Counted from the first letter of the stretch, positions 35,822 to 46,422 are shown. The stretch: DNA of 64,000 nucleotides from Dehalococcoidia bacterium (GCA_963668585.1 OY764869.1:201880-265879); one strand, 5' to 3'. The notes: generated by a model not told the origin, from the sequence alone. Program-made: numbers and translations.

Positions 35822-37072
35822 CTAACGCTGTCCCACCCCCAGGTGCCTTTCGATCCTTCCGCTGACGTAGGACATCGCGTAGGTGAACACCCAGAACACG
35901 ATGGCGAGGAAAACGAACATTTCCCTGGCGCTGGCCAGGTATTCCGGCCGGCTGATGAACACCCGCCCCATCTCGACGATGTCCACCATGCCGATGATGT
36001 ACACCAGGCTGGTGTCCTTGAAGAGGCCGATGAACTGGCCGACGATGGCGGGTATCACGTTGCGGATGGCCTGCGGCAGGGAGATGAGCAGCGTCGTCTG
36101 CCACCCGGGCAGACCCAACGCTCGCGCCGCTTCGGCCTGCCCCGGGTGGAGGGCCTGCAGGCCGCCGCGTATGTTTTCCGCCATGTACGCCGAGCTGAAC
36201 AGGGTGATCACCACGGCGGCGCGGAACAGCGAGTTTTGCGGAAAGTCCTCAGGGAACGCCAGGGGCACCAGCGTCTGTGACATGAACAGCAGGGTTATCA
36301 ACGGCACCCCGCGGAACACCTCGATGAAACCGACGCAGAGTATCTTCACCACCGGCAGCCGGCTGCGGCGGCCCAACGCCAGGGAAATGCCGATGGGCAG
36401 ACTGAGGGTAATTCCGCCCACGGCGAGTATCAGGTTCAGCGTCAGCCCACCCCAGTACACCACCGACACGGGCTGCAGGCCCGGCACGTTGGGGATGCCC
36501 CGCAACAGGATCAGCGTCAGCAGGAACGCGGCCACGCCCCAGATCACGGCCCACTTGGCCTGGCCCAACGGCGTGTACCTCGCCAGCGCCCAACCGATCG
36601 CGGTGGCCGGCAGGTTGGCCAGCAGCAGCACGCGAACGTCCCAACCCATGCGCTCCAGACTGTAGGGAAGGAATGCGAACAGCGCGGCCACAACGGCGGT
36701 GAGTATGGCGATGCGCTGGGCGACTCCGCCTCCCAGGATGCCCCAGATCATCCCCAACAGGACGGTTACCATGAGCAGCGAGGCCTGGGGTCGCCAGAAA
36801 CAGTTTTGTCCCGGGCACGCCAGTTCGGTGTTGTAGCTGCCGATGAGGAACAGCCCGCCCACGGTCTTGACCACGGTCCAGTCGGCGGTTCCGAATACCC
36901 AGCGCAGTCCGTACCATAAGACAACCAGCAGAACCACCGCCGATATAATCGTCAGCGCGGAGTTGACCCGGCTGCTGAACAGGTTGGCGTGCATCCAGCC
37001 GATAACCCCAACCTCGGAGCGGGGCGGCGGCAGCACGGCTGGGGGCGTGTTCTGGGTAACTTCGGTGGCCAT
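35822..37072 (-). CDS. amino acid ABC transporter permease (AapM-like)
   Basis: Polytopic membrane protein with an EAA-loop region (EAARALGLPGWQT). Confidence 0.85.
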   Translation of the reverse strand: MATEVTQNTPPAVLPPPRSEVGVIGWMHANLFSSRVNSALTIISAVVLLVVLWYGLRWVFGTADWTVVKTVGGLFLIGSYNTELACPGQNCFWRPQASLLMVTVLLGMIWGILGGGVAQRIAILTAVVAALFAFLPYSLERMGWDVRVLLLANLPATAIGWALARYTPLGQAKWAVIWGVAAFLLTLILLRGIPNVPGLQPVSVVYWGGLTLNLILAVGGITLSLPIGISLALGRRSRLPVVKILCVGFIEVFRGVPLITLLFMSQTLVPLAFPEDFPQNSLFRAAVVITLFSSAYMAENIRGGLQALHPGQAEAARALGLPGWQTTLLISLPQAIRNVIPAIVGQFIGLFKDTSLVYIIGMVDIVEMGRVFISRPEYLASAREMFVFLAIVFWVFTYAMSYVSGRIERHLGVGQR

Positions 37073-37075
37073 CTG

Positions 37076-38278
37076 CTATCCGGTGAATCGTATGTGGCGG
37101 TTGTACAGGTTCCCGATGACTGACCAGGTGAGGCTCATAATCAGGTAGGCGCCCATGATCATTACGAAAATGGATATCGCCGGCGCCGTCTGCGTCATGG
37201 TGACCGCCACGTTGGTGAGGTCGGTATAGCCCACGACACCGCCCAGGCTGCTGTTTTTGGTCAGGTTCAGGCACTGGCTGATCCACGGGGGGATGATGAC
37301 GCGCAGGGCCTGCGGGAACGTCACCTGCCGGAGCGTGTTCATGGGAGACAGGCCCAGGGCGCGGGCCGCCTCGGTCTGGCCCCGACCCACCGACTGGATG
37401 CCGGCGCGCACAATCTCGGCGATGAAGGACGAGGTGTATATCACGAGTCCAACCAGCAACACCAGCATACCGGCGCGGATGGTCAGCCCGTCGGCGATGC
37501 GACCGAAACGTCCCTGCGGCGCCGGCGTCGAGATCCCGAACGGAGCTTCTCCGAAAACGCCGCTGACGACCAGCCAGCCGATCGCTGCAATGACCACCGT
37601 CGCCACGCAGCCGAACACGAACGGATAGGACGGCCTTCCGGTTTCTTCTTCGCGCCGGGACAGCCAGCGATGCGCCAGCGCCCCGGCAACCACCGCGACC
37701 ACCGCCAACCCCAGCCAGACCAGCGCCGGCGCCACCCCGCTTGCCGTCGGCCCGGGGAAGGATATGCCGGCGTTGTTGACGTAGAGTCGGTCGGCGATAA
37801 CGTAACCTTCACGCACTCTTGGCAGCGCCAGGATGATGTAGAACCAGAAGAAAAGCTGCACCAACAGAGGCACGTTGCGGAAAAATTCGATATACACCGT
37901 GGCAAGCTTGGACACGATCCAGTTGGGGGAGAGGCGACATACGCCGATGAATATGCCCAGCAACGTGGCGAGAATGACGCCGGCGACCGCCACGACGACG
38001 GTGTTGGTGGCGGCCACAACCAGGGCGTAGAGGAAGGTGTCCGAGGACTCATAGGGAAGGATATGCTCCCCGATGGGAGTCTGGTATTCACGCTGCAGGA
38101 ATTGGAAGCCGTATGGGATTTCCCGGTCCTCAATGGCGTACGCCAGATTGCCGAAGAACCAGACGACCAGGGCCACCACCAGTATCGCGGAGGCGATTTG
38201 CGCCGCCCCCTGGATTATCTGGACATGACGCCAAACGGGTATGCCCTGGTAGGTGAGAAAGCTGGGTACGGTTCTCAT
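37076..38278 (-). CDS. amino acid ABC transporter permease (AapQ-like)
   Basis: Polytopic membrane protein with an EAA loop (TEAARALGLSPMNTLRQV). Confidence 0.85.
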   Translation of the reverse strand: MRTVPSFLTYQGIPVWRHVQIIQGAAQIASAILVVALVVWFFGNLAYAIEDREIPYGFQFLQREYQTPIGEHILPYESSDTFLYALVVAATNTVVVAVAGVILATLLGIFIGVCRLSPNWIVSKLATVYIEFFRNVPLLVQLFFWFYIILALPRVREGYVIADRLYVNNAGISFPGPTASGVAPALVWLGLAVVAVVAGALAHRWLSRREEETGRPSYPFVFGCVATVVIAAIGWLVVSGVFGEAPFGISTPAPQGRFGRIADGLTIRAGMLVLLVGLVIYTSSFIAEIVRAGIQSVGRGQTEAARALGLSPMNTLRQVTFPQALRVIIPPWISQCLNLTKNSSLGGVVGYTDLTNVAVTMTQTAPAISIFVMIMGAYLIMSLTWSVIGNLYNRHIRFTG

Positions 38279-38404
38279 CGGTGTCGGAAATGCTCCACAA
38301 CGGTCGCCGACATTCTAACCCATCCCATGCGGGTAAAGCACTCAACGATAAGGGCGGGTTTCAGCCCGCCCTTACCAATCAGGAACTGCCGATCATGCGC
38401 CGGT

Positions 38405-39580
38405 TTAGCGCAGTGGCGCCGAGTAAATCTGACCGCCCTTGGGGCAGTCCTTGCAGGGAGCATTGGCCCACAACGCGTTGCGGCCATTTTCCCGTGGCAG
38501 GTTGATGCCCTCGGGGCCGAGGTTGCGAGCGTAAATCTCGCCGTAGTTTCCGACGGCTCTGATCACGTCCTGCGCTGCGGTCTCGCTGAGTCCCAAAGTC
38601 TCCTGGCCGAATGCGCCTTCCAGGCCCATGAGCCGGTCAACCTTGGTATCGCCGGTGGCGGCGGACGGCACGCTGTCGGAGCTTACACCGTAGGCTTCGG
38701 CGTAGATGAGGATTCCCATGACGGTCTTGACGATGTCAAACCACTGGTCGTCGCCGTGGGGGACCACCGGGCCGAGAGGCTCTTCGGAGATGGTCTCGGG
38801 CAGGATGACGTGGTCGTCACGGTTTGCCAGGGCGGTGCCCAATGCCGCCAACTGCGAGCGGTCGTTGGTGAAGGCGTCGCACTGCCCGCTTTCGTAGGCG
38901 GCGACCACTGCGGGTGTGTCCTCAAAGGTCAGCACTTGCAGGTCCAGACCGTTCTGGTTGGAGAAGTCCTGCAGGTTCAACTCGGTGGTGGTGCCCAGGG
39001 TCACACAGACGCTGGAGCCTGTCAGTTCCAGTGCGCTGGTTACGCCGAGGTCCTTGCGCACCATGAAACCCTGGCCGTCATAGAACATGGTCTGGGCGTA
39101 GTTGCCCCACTGGGCGTCGCGGGAGGTGGTCCACGTAACGGTGCGGACCAGCATATCGACCTCGCCGGACTGGACCGTCGGGCCGCGCTCGGCGGCGCTG
39201 ATCAGGCGGATCTCAATCTTGTTTTGGTCGCCCAGCACGGCGGCGGCAAGGGCGCGGCACAGGTCGATGTCAAAGCCGACGTTGTTGCCGCTGTCATCAA
39301 CATAGCCATAGCCGGGAACGTCGTTGCGGCTGGCGCAGATGACCTTGTCGCGGGCGATCACCGTGTCCAGGCGGCTGTCGCCCTGATTATCCATCGAAGT
39401 GGACTCATCGACCGTCGGCGCGGCGGTGGCTTCCATGGCATCGGTGGGAGCGGCCACGGCCGTGGGTTCACTGGCCGGCGGCGCCGGGGGAGCGGGCGGT
39501 TCCTGCTGACCGCAGGCCAACGCCGCAACCAGCGCGAGCATGAGCGTTGCGCCAGCTATATACTTTATAGTTCGTGTCAT
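38405..39580 (-). CDS. amino acid ABC transporter substrate-binding lipoprotein (AapJ-like), copy 1
   Basis: Lipobox LVAALAC, a Pro/Ala/Thr linker, then a type-3 binding-protein core. Confidence 0.85.
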   Translation of the reverse strand: MTRTIKYIAGATLMLALVAALACGQQEPPAPPAPPASEPTAVAAPTDAMEATAAPTVDESTSMDNQGDSRLDTVIARDKVICASRNDVPGYGYVDDSGNNVGFDIDLCRALAAAVLGDQNKIEIRLISAAERGPTVQSGEVDMLVRTVTWTTSRDAQWGNYAQTMFYDGQGFMVRKDLGVTSALELTGSSVCVTLGTTTELNLQDFSNQNGLDLQVLTFEDTPAVVAAYESGQCDAFTNDRSQLAALGTALANRDDHVILPETISEEPLGPVVPHGDDQWFDIVKTVMGILIYAEAYGVSSDSVPSAATGDTKVDRLMGLEGAFGQETLGLSETAAQDVIRAVGNYGEIYARNLGPEGINLPRENGRNALWANAPCKDCPKGGQIYSAPLR

Positions 39581-39776
39581 AGGGTTTCCTCCTCATCGTA
39601 TCGGTCAAGCAGATCCCGAAATTTCAAACACTGGGATTTTACCATGATTATGGCAACACTCTGCCCCATTATCGTCGGCGTGTTTTCTGCATCTGTTTCA
39701 CGAACCGGGCTGCTTGCCAATCAGGCGGGCGGCTGACCGGCCCGCAGACCAAAGAGACCGGCCAGACCAGGCATTG

Positions 39777-40943
39777 CTACCGCAGGGGCGCGGCGTAAAT
39801 CTGGCCGCCGCGCGGACAATCGGCGCAGGGTGCGTTGGCCCACAGGGCGTTCCGGCTGCCCTCACGCTCCAGTCCCAGCGGAATCAGGTGGCGGTCGTAG
39901 ATTTCGCCATAGTTGCCGACCCCGCGTATCACGTCCTGCGCGACCGTATCGGACAGGCCCAGGGCTTCCTGCCCGAACGAACCCTCCAGGCCCATGAGAC
40001 GGTCAACTTTGGTGTTGCCGGTCGCAGCGGATGGCACGCTGTCGGAGGTTACGCCATACGCTTCGGCATAGATCAGTATTGCCATCACGGTCTTCACGAC
40101 GTCGTACCATTGGTCGTCGCCGTGGGGCACAACCGGACCGAGCGGTTCTTCGGAAATGGTGCCGGGCAGGATGGTGTGGTCGCCCGGGTTGTCGAATCCG
40201 GCGCGGGTGCTGACGAGGCCGGAACGGTCGGTGGTGAGCGCATCGCACTGACCGCTGATGTACGCCTCGTTGCTTGAGACGTTGTCGGGGAAAGTCAGGA
40301 TGTCGAAATTCATGCTGTTCTGGTTGTCGAAGTCCTGGATGTTCAACTCCGTGGTGGTGCCCTGCTGCACGCATATCTTGGCGTCTCTAAGCTCCATCAT
40401 GTTGGTGACGCCAAGGTCTTTGGGTGTCATGAATCCCTGGCCGTCATAGAACATTGTCTGTGCGAAGTTGCCCCAGTTGGCATCGCGGGAACTGGTCCAC
40501 GTGGTGTTGCGGGACATGATGTCCACTTCGCCGGACTGGATGGCCGGCCCGCGCTCGGCGGCGGTGGTCGGTCGGAACTCCACCGCGTCGGGGTTCCCCA
40601 GCACGGCGGCGGCGACGGCGCGGCACAGGTCGATGTCGAAGCCCACGGTGTTGCCGCCGGAATCCAGGAACCCGAAACCGGCGAGGCTGTTGTTGCTGGA
40701 ACAGATCAGCGTGCCCCGGTCTCGCACCGTGGACAGGCGACTGGCATCCTGGTGGTCCATTGAGGTCGCTTCGGTTGCGACGGGCGCGGCGGTGGACTCC
40801 ATCGCATCAGGCGACGGTAGTACAGCGGCGGTGGGCGCCGACGTCTCGGTGGCCGGCGGTTCCTGCTGACCGCAGGCCAATGAGACCAGGGCCGCCAGCA
40901 GCAAAGCAACTACGCAAGAGTATCTGAAGATGCGATCCATCAT
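39777..40943 (-). CDS. amino acid ABC transporter substrate-binding lipoprotein (AapJ-like), copy 2
   Basis: Lipobox LVSLAC. Collinear with and clearly paralogous to copy 1; long identical runs include GPVVPHGDDQW and NALWANAPC.DCP.GGQIY.APLR. Confidence 0.85.
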   Translation of the reverse strand: MMDRIFRYSCVVALLLAALVSLACGQQEPPATETSAPTAAVLPSPDAMESTAAPVATEATSMDHQDASRLSTVRDRGTLICSSNNSLAGFGFLDSGGNTVGFDIDLCRAVAAAVLGNPDAVEFRPTTAAERGPAIQSGEVDIMSRNTTWTSSRDANWGNFAQTMFYDGQGFMTPKDLGVTNMMELRDAKICVQQGTTTELNIQDFDNQNSMNFDILTFPDNVSSNEAYISGQCDALTTDRSGLVSTRAGFDNPGDHTILPGTISEEPLGPVVPHGDDQWYDVVKTVMAILIYAEAYGVTSDSVPSAATGNTKVDRLMGLEGSFGQEALGLSDTVAQDVIRGVGNYGEIYDRHLIPLGLEREGSRNALWANAPCADCPRGGQIYAAPLR

Positions 40944-41357
40944 GTTGGCAGACTCCTATGTATATTGGTTCGGCGTCGTTTCCGGTATCCCGGCAACATT
41001 GCCGAGGCTCAAGATGTTGCGACATATTACTATGAACGAAACGCCGCTGAACCTTCCCGCACCGACAAGAGTGGACCTATGTTGCGCTATTCCTTCCCTC
41101 AATGCGTCACTTCGCTGTGAATGCCTCCGTGGTGGCGAGAAGGGTATTTCAAACAGTCATCGATCAATGCTCCGGCCGGAGTCGCAGATGCGATGCGACG
41201 CCGCCTCAGCCGACGCCCGGCGCAATCAGGCATCGTGAGTCGATCATTCTGACTGTCGAGTACCGCCGTTCGCGCTCGATGGGTTAGAATATGCCGCACG
41301 TCAGACACGTAGGGAACGCAACCCGTCACATCGAAAACCAACCAAAGGAGCCGTGCA

Positions 41358-42353
41358 ATGGCAGATCTAGTATTGGGCCTGGCCTCTTCCCACAGTCCCC
41401 AACTCAGCACTCCAGCGGAAGGCTGGGCCGGCCGTGGCGAACGCGACAAGGGCCACCTTGAACTCATCGGCACCGACGGCATCACCTCCAACTATGAGGA
41501 CCTGCTGGCCCGCACCGACGTCGAACGCATCGCCAAAGAGATAACGCCGGCCAAGTTCGAGCAGCGGCATCAGCAGAATCAGAAGGCCATCGCCCACCTG
41601 GCCAAAAAGCTGAACGACGCCAAACTGGACGTGCTGGTGATGGTCGGCGACGACCAGCATGAATACCTGCTGGACGACAATATGCCGGCGTTCTGCGTCT
41701 ATTGGGGCGACGAGACCAAGGTTTCGGGGCACGAGGCAGGGCCGTCCACCGGAGGCCAGCACCTGATCGGCTACAACACCGAGGACGTTTACGCGCCCAC
41801 CGAATCCGGGCTGGCCCTGCACATCATAGACAGCCTGATGGACGACGAGTTCGACGTGGGAACCTCCAAGTGGCTGGACCCCGAAAAGGGAGGACGCACC
41901 AGGGGCGGCATCGGCCACGCCTTCGGCTACGTGTACAACCGCCTGATGACCGACGGCATCATTCCCGCCGTGCCCGTGATGCTCAACACCTACTATCCGC
42001 CCAACCAGCCGACACCCAAGCGCTGCTACAACCTGGGCCAGGCCCTGCGTTCCGCCATCGAATCGTGGCCCCAGGACATTCGGGTGGGCATCCTGGCCTC
42101 CGGCGGACTCAGCCACTTTGTGGTTGACGAGGAACTGGACCAACAGGCGCTGGCGGGAATGCAGGCCAAGAGCGTTGACCAACTGATGGCGCTGCCCCGG
42201 GAGAAGATCAACTCCGGCAGTTCCGAGATCCGCAACTGGATCGTGGTGACGGGAGCCACCGAACACATGGACATGGACGTTGTTGACTACGTGCCGTGCT
42301 ACCGGTCACCGGCCGGCACCGGCTGCGCCATGGGCTTTGCCACCTGGGGATAG
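41358..42353 (+). CDS. class III (LigB-type) extradiol ring-cleavage dioxygenase family protein
   Basis: Starts MADLVLGLASSHSPQL, has internal LVMVGDDQHE and ILASGGLSHF motifs, and is preceded by AAAGGAG. Confidence 0.7.
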   Translation: MADLVLGLASSHSPQLSTPAEGWAGRGERDKGHLELIGTDGITSNYEDLLARTDVERIAKEITPAKFEQRHQQNQKAIAHLAKKLNDAKLDVLVMVGDDQHEYLLDDNMPAFCVYWGDETKVSGHEAGPSTGGQHLIGYNTEDVYAPTESGLALHIIDSLMDDEFDVGTSKWLDPEKGGRTRGGIGHAFGYVYNRLMTDGIIPAVPVMLNTYYPPNQPTPKRCYNLGQALRSAIESWPQDIRVGILASGGLSHFVVDEELDQQALAGMQAKSVDQLMALPREKINSGSSEIRNWIVVTGATEHMDMDVVDYVPCYRSPAGTGCAMGFATWG

Positions 42354-42380
42354 GCGCAAGCGATCTGTCAAGGCGAGGGT

Positions 42381-42414
42381 CCTGTGGGGGCGAGGTCTGC
42401 CTCGCCCCCACAGG
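42381..42414. terminator. 15-bp perfect-stem hairpin between convergent genes
   Basis: cctgtgggggcgagg-tctg-cctcgcccccacagg. No T-run follows it, so it may be a REP-type element acting as a bidirectional barrier. Confidence 0.5.
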
Positions 42415-42481
42415 GATAGGTCAAACGTCCGTTGGGTCGTATGGCAGTCGCAGCCGCCTAACCACCCAATGAGCCGCGAGG

Positions 42482-43969
42482 CTACGAACGCAGCGGTTGC
42501 GCTATCAGATCCTTGATGCGTTCGGTGATGCCGGTCTGGTCGTAGGTGCGCAGCAGGTTGATGCGGTTGCGGTTGGGATCCCCGCCGTGCCAGTATTCGT
42601 AGATTTCCTGCCGCATCCCGAAGGACGACGCAGCCAGGTCGTGGGCCAACCGGAATAGCCGCGATTTGTACTCGACGCCCACGCCCTTGCCCGGCATGTA
42701 TCGGTCCAGGTAGGGGCGAAATTCGGGGTTGGCCAGGTCGGCTTCGCTGGGCTGCATGATCATCCCGGACCCGGAGATCTCCCGCAGCAGTTCCACCATG
42801 CGCTGTGATGTCTGCGCAAAGTAGATGTTCATGCCGGCGATCGACCCCAGGGACATCAGGCCGTTTTCGGCGACGTAGGAATTGTGCTCCACGCCGTCCA
42901 TGGCGTGCCGCCACATCTCGGTGTGCATCGCCATTTCGCCCAGCTTGGCGGCGACCTCGCGGTACTCGATGACGCCGATGGCTTCGGCAATCAGCGTGGC
43001 AACGGCGGTCATCAGCTTCATGCGCTGGTGGATGCGGCAAAGGTTGCCCCAGCCACGGAAGTTGGCCTCGGAGCCCAACCGCTGCAGCAGCGGCGCAGAG
43101 TCGTACAGCGTGAAAATGCGATCCCAGGGCACCAGAACGTGGTCGAAGAACAGCATGGCGTCCTGTTCGTCGTACACCGCTCCCAGGGGATGGCCGTAGC
43201 TGCCCACCCACTGCGACACCGGTTCCCGGCACAGGATTTTCATGCCAGGGCTGGCCGTGGGAATGGAAAAGGCCAGTATGAACCTGGGGTCTGAGCGGCG
43301 CATGAACGTGGCCGACAGCGACACGTAGGTCTCGTTGCTGATGGGGGCGGCGGTGGCCAACTGCTTGGCGCCGTGAACGATGATTCCTTCGGCGGTTTCC
43401 TCGACGACGTGGAGCGCAACTTCAGACTCATCCTCGGCGCGATTCTCGTTTTGGGGCTGCTGGCTGCGGTCAACCTGCGGGTCGCCCAGCGCATGGGTCA
43501 GGAACAGGTCGTTCTCCATGCAGTACCGGTGATAGTTGACGATGTTCTCGGCGAAGTCGCATTTCGGATGCTTCACCTCTCCCAGGGCATCGCTGATGGC
43601 CACCAGCCCGTTGATGTACGGCGCAAGGATATCCGGACTGCGGCCCAACTGCCCCCAGGACTCCTCGTTCCAGATTTCGCTGTTGCGGCGCTGCCGTTTC
43701 AGGTCCTCCGGGCTGCGGGCAAGCAGCCAGGACAGGCTGCAGCGGGCGCCGGTTTCGGGGGACGCAAAGGTCATCTCGTCCCGGTATTGCTCGGAGTGCT
43801 GCAGGTCATAGATTCGAGCCAGTTCGTGAACCATGCCCGAAAATGCCGGGTGTCCCGGCACGTCATCAACCCTGGCGCCGTCCAGCCATACCTCCCGCCG
43901 GTCGCGCAGGCTGGCGATGTAGCGTTCGCCGGTCATCGCGCCCTGGGCTGCTTCCAATTCCAGTACCAT
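42482..43969 (-). CDS. 4-hydroxyphenylacetate 3-hydroxylase (HpaB) family flavin monooxygenase
   Basis: GERYIASLRDRREVWLDGARVDDV at the N-terminus and about 495 aa in length. The ATG at 43969 is preceded by GGAGGA. Confidence 0.8.
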   Translation of the reverse strand: MVLELEAAQGAMTGERYIASLRDRREVWLDGARVDDVPGHPAFSGMVHELARIYDLQHSEQYRDEMTFASPETGARCSLSWLLARSPEDLKRQRRNSEIWNEESWGQLGRSPDILAPYINGLVAISDALGEVKHPKCDFAENIVNYHRYCMENDLFLTHALGDPQVDRSQQPQNENRAEDESEVALHVVEETAEGIIVHGAKQLATAAPISNETYVSLSATFMRRSDPRFILAFSIPTASPGMKILCREPVSQWVGSYGHPLGAVYDEQDAMLFFDHVLVPWDRIFTLYDSAPLLQRLGSEANFRGWGNLCRIHQRMKLMTAVATLIAEAIGVIEYREVAAKLGEMAMHTEMWRHAMDGVEHNSYVAENGLMSLGSIAGMNIYFAQTSQRMVELLREISGSGMIMQPSEADLANPEFRPYLDRYMPGKGVGVEYKSRLFRLAHDLAASSFGMRQEIYEYWHGGDPNRNRINLLRTYDQTGITERIKDLIAQPLRS

Positions 43970-44017
43970 CGTTTCGCTCCTCCGGCAATGACACTCGCCC
44001 AATCGTGCGACGGGGCG

Positions 44018-44998
44018 CTAGTTCAGGAACCCCGACTCTCTGCGCCAGCGCACGTAGTCGGCCAGTCCGGCGGCCAGGTCGTACTGAGGCGTCCATCCCA
44101 GGTCATGCCACAGCCGGTAACCCGACAACGGCCCCCGCGTCGGCCCCAGGGCGCTGTCGGCCGCGGCCGATGGTTCCGCCGCGACCAGGCGGGTTTCGGG
44201 GAACAGGTCGGCCAGCGTGCGCTGAATCTCGCCGCCGGTTACGGGCACGCCGTTGGTGATGTTGTAGAGGTCGTGGGGCAGTTCCGCCGCATCAACGACG
44301 GTGGCCACCGCCGACGCCGTGTCCAACACGTAGGTGTAGTCGCGGCCGTGGTCGGATTCGTCGGACGCGATGGGTTCGCCCCTGAGCATCTGGCCCGTCC
44401 ACTGGTAGGGCGTGGACATATTGTCCCGGTGGCCGGTTACTCGCTCCATCGGGCCGTAGGGCGTACTGAGCCGCAGACTGACCGTGCCGAATCCGTGCAG
44501 TTGTCCGTAGCGGCGTGTGATGGACTCGCTGGCGAACTTGGTGATGCCGTACAGGTTGCCCGGTTGCGGCGCGTCATCTTCGTTGTAGGTCTGGTCGGGG
44601 TCGCGGGTCAGTCCATACGCCGCGCCGGAACTGACGTACACGAAGCGTTGGACGCCGCCCAAACGGGCCAGTTCAAGGAGGTTGCCGGTGCCGGTGAGGT
44701 TGATGTCCAGGATGTCCCTGCTGCGGGCGGTTTCAAGGTCGGTGCGGTTCACCGTGAACACGGCGGCATGAACCACCTTTTCAAAGCTGTGGGTCGCGCG
44801 CAGCGAATCCAGCGTCGCATTGTCGAGGATGCTTCCGGTGACGAAGTTGACGCGAGCCGACAGTTCGCCGAGGAAATCGGCGACCAGCGCGTCGGGCGGC
44901 AGCACGTCCAGGCACACCACGTCGTGCCCTCGCGCCGCCAGTTCCTTCACTATGTTGGCCCCGACAAAGCCGACGCCGCCGGTTACCAGGGTTGCCAT
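44018..44998 (-). CDS. NAD-dependent epimerase/dehydratase
   Basis: TGGVGFVG and YGITK motifs. Confidence 0.85.
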   Translation of the reverse strand: MATLVTGGVGFVGANIVKELAARGHDVVCLDVLPPDALVADFLGELSARVNFVTGSILDNATLDSLRATHSFEKVVHAAVFTVNRTDLETARSRDILDINLTGTGNLLELARLGGVQRFVYVSSGAAYGLTRDPDQTYNEDDAPQPGNLYGITKFASESITRRYGQLHGFGTVSLRLSTPYGPMERVTGHRDNMSTPYQWTGQMLRGEPIASDESDHGRDYTYVLDTASAVATVVDAAELPHDLYNITNGVPVTGGEIQRTLADLFPETRLVAAEPSAAADSALGPTRGPLSGYRLWHDLGWTPQYDLAAGLADYVRWRRESGFLN

Positions 44999-45264
44999 CT
45001 GCAGTTCTCCAATCGCGGCCCGCCGTTTCGCGGTGCCGCGCCGCCTTGTTGCCCAATGATATGGCCTACGATTTGCTCTGGGCTTCGATTTGCTCCGGGC
45101 TTCGGTGCGCCAGTATGCCGCCGTTGAATCCCAAATTCAACCCGACCGCCGGGCGTACAGGATCGTCCGCCCAGGATGAGCCTGTGGAACAGTGAGCCGA
45201 TGGGCGCGTCGGTTGGAGTACAATTGCCGTCACGTCCCAAATCGTGCGCACAGAGAGGCCAATC

Positions 45265-46410
45265 ATGAAGCGGAGCACCTCCAGGATTCTCACCACTCAC
45301 ACCGGCAGCCTGCCCCGTTCGGTCGAATTGCAGGAACTGCTGCGCCAGCGCGAGGACCAGCAGGATTTCGACGAGGGCCGGTTCCGCGCCAGCGTCCGCG
45401 ATGCCGTGGCCGATATCGTGGCCCGACAGGAGAACGCCGGCATCGACGTGGTGAATGACGGCGAGCAGGGAAGGTCGCAGTACGCCACCTACGTCAAGGA
45501 ACGCCTGGCCGGCTTCGAAGGCGAGCGCATGGTGCGTTCGCATACCCGCCTGGATGACGCCGATTTCCCTGAGTATGCCTCGACCCAGACCACGATGTCA
45601 TCCCGCAATATGCCGCAACCTGCCTGCACCGGGCCCATCGCGTGGAAGGACTGGCCGGCCGTGGAGCGCGACATCGAGACCCTGCGGCAAGCCACGGCCA
45701 ACACCGGCGCCGAGGAGGTTTTCATGACGGCGGCCTCCCCGGGCGTGATTGCCAACTTCCTGCCCGACGAGTATTACCGCACCGAGGAAGCCTACCTCTA
45801 TGCCCTCGCCGACGTGATGAAGGACGAATACAACGCCATCGCCAACTCCGGCCTGCTATTGCAGTTGGATTGTCCCGACCTTGCCATGACCCGTGTGTCT
45901 CAGTATTCCCACCTTTCAGTGGAAGAGTTCAAGAAAATCGTGGAACTGCACGTCGAGGTGATCAACTACGCGCTCGCGGACATTGACCCGGAGCGGATGC
46001 GGCTGCACGTATGCTGGGGCAACACCGAAGGCCCGCATCACCACGACGTTCCGCTGCGGGAAATCGTGGACATCGTGCTGCGGGCGCGTCCCCTGGGCCT
46101 GGCCGTCGAAGGCGCCAACCCCAGGCACGGCCACGAGTGGAAGGTGTGGGAGGACGTCAAACTGCCCGACGGAAAACTGTTGATACCCGGCGTCCTGGAC
46201 ACCACCACCAATTTCATCGAACACCCCGAACTGATCGCCCAGCGCATCATGAACTATGCCAACCTGGTGGGTCGGGAAAACGTGATGGCGAACAGCGATT
46301 GCGGGTTTGGCACCTCGGCCTGGGGCCGCAAGGTGGAGACCAACATCGCGTGGGCCAAACTGGCGTCGATGGCGGAGGGAGCGCGGCTGGCATCCCGGGA
46401 ACTCTGGTAG
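45265..46410 (+). CDS. cobalamin-independent methionine synthase II (MetE C-terminal-like) family protein
   Basis: ILTTHTGSLPRS near the N-terminus and a C-terminal DCGFG motif. The ATG at 45265 is preceded by GAGAGG. Confidence 0.75.
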   Translation: MKRSTSRILTTHTGSLPRSVELQELLRQREDQQDFDEGRFRASVRDAVADIVARQENAGIDVVNDGEQGRSQYATYVKERLAGFEGERMVRSHTRLDDADFPEYASTQTTMSSRNMPQPACTGPIAWKDWPAVERDIETLRQATANTGAEEVFMTAASPGVIANFLPDEYYRTEEAYLYALADVMKDEYNAIANSGLLLQLDCPDLAMTRVSQYSHLSVEEFKKIVELHVEVINYALADIDPERMRLHVCWGNTEGPHHHDVPLREIVDIVLRARPLGLAVEGANPRHGHEWKVWEDVKLPDGKLLIPGVLDTTTNFIEHPELIAQRIMNYANLVGRENVMANSDCGFGTSAWGRKVETNIAWAKLASMAEGARLASRELW

Positions 46411-46422
46411 CCGCGCCGCCGG

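Noticed and set aside
37670-39736. 688-aa plus-strand ORF
   Set aside because: It is antisense to an ABC permease and a binding-protein gene. It has no domain signatures, so I treat it as a shadow ORF.
41286-41291. TAGAAT as the -10 box for the LigB-type gene
   Set aside because: There is no acceptable -35 or extended -10 element at the right spacing. A single hexamer in a 414-nt gap is not convincing.
43373-45127. 584-aa plus-strand ORF
   Set aside because: It is antisense to the HpaB-family and epimerase genes, so I treat it as a shadow ORF.
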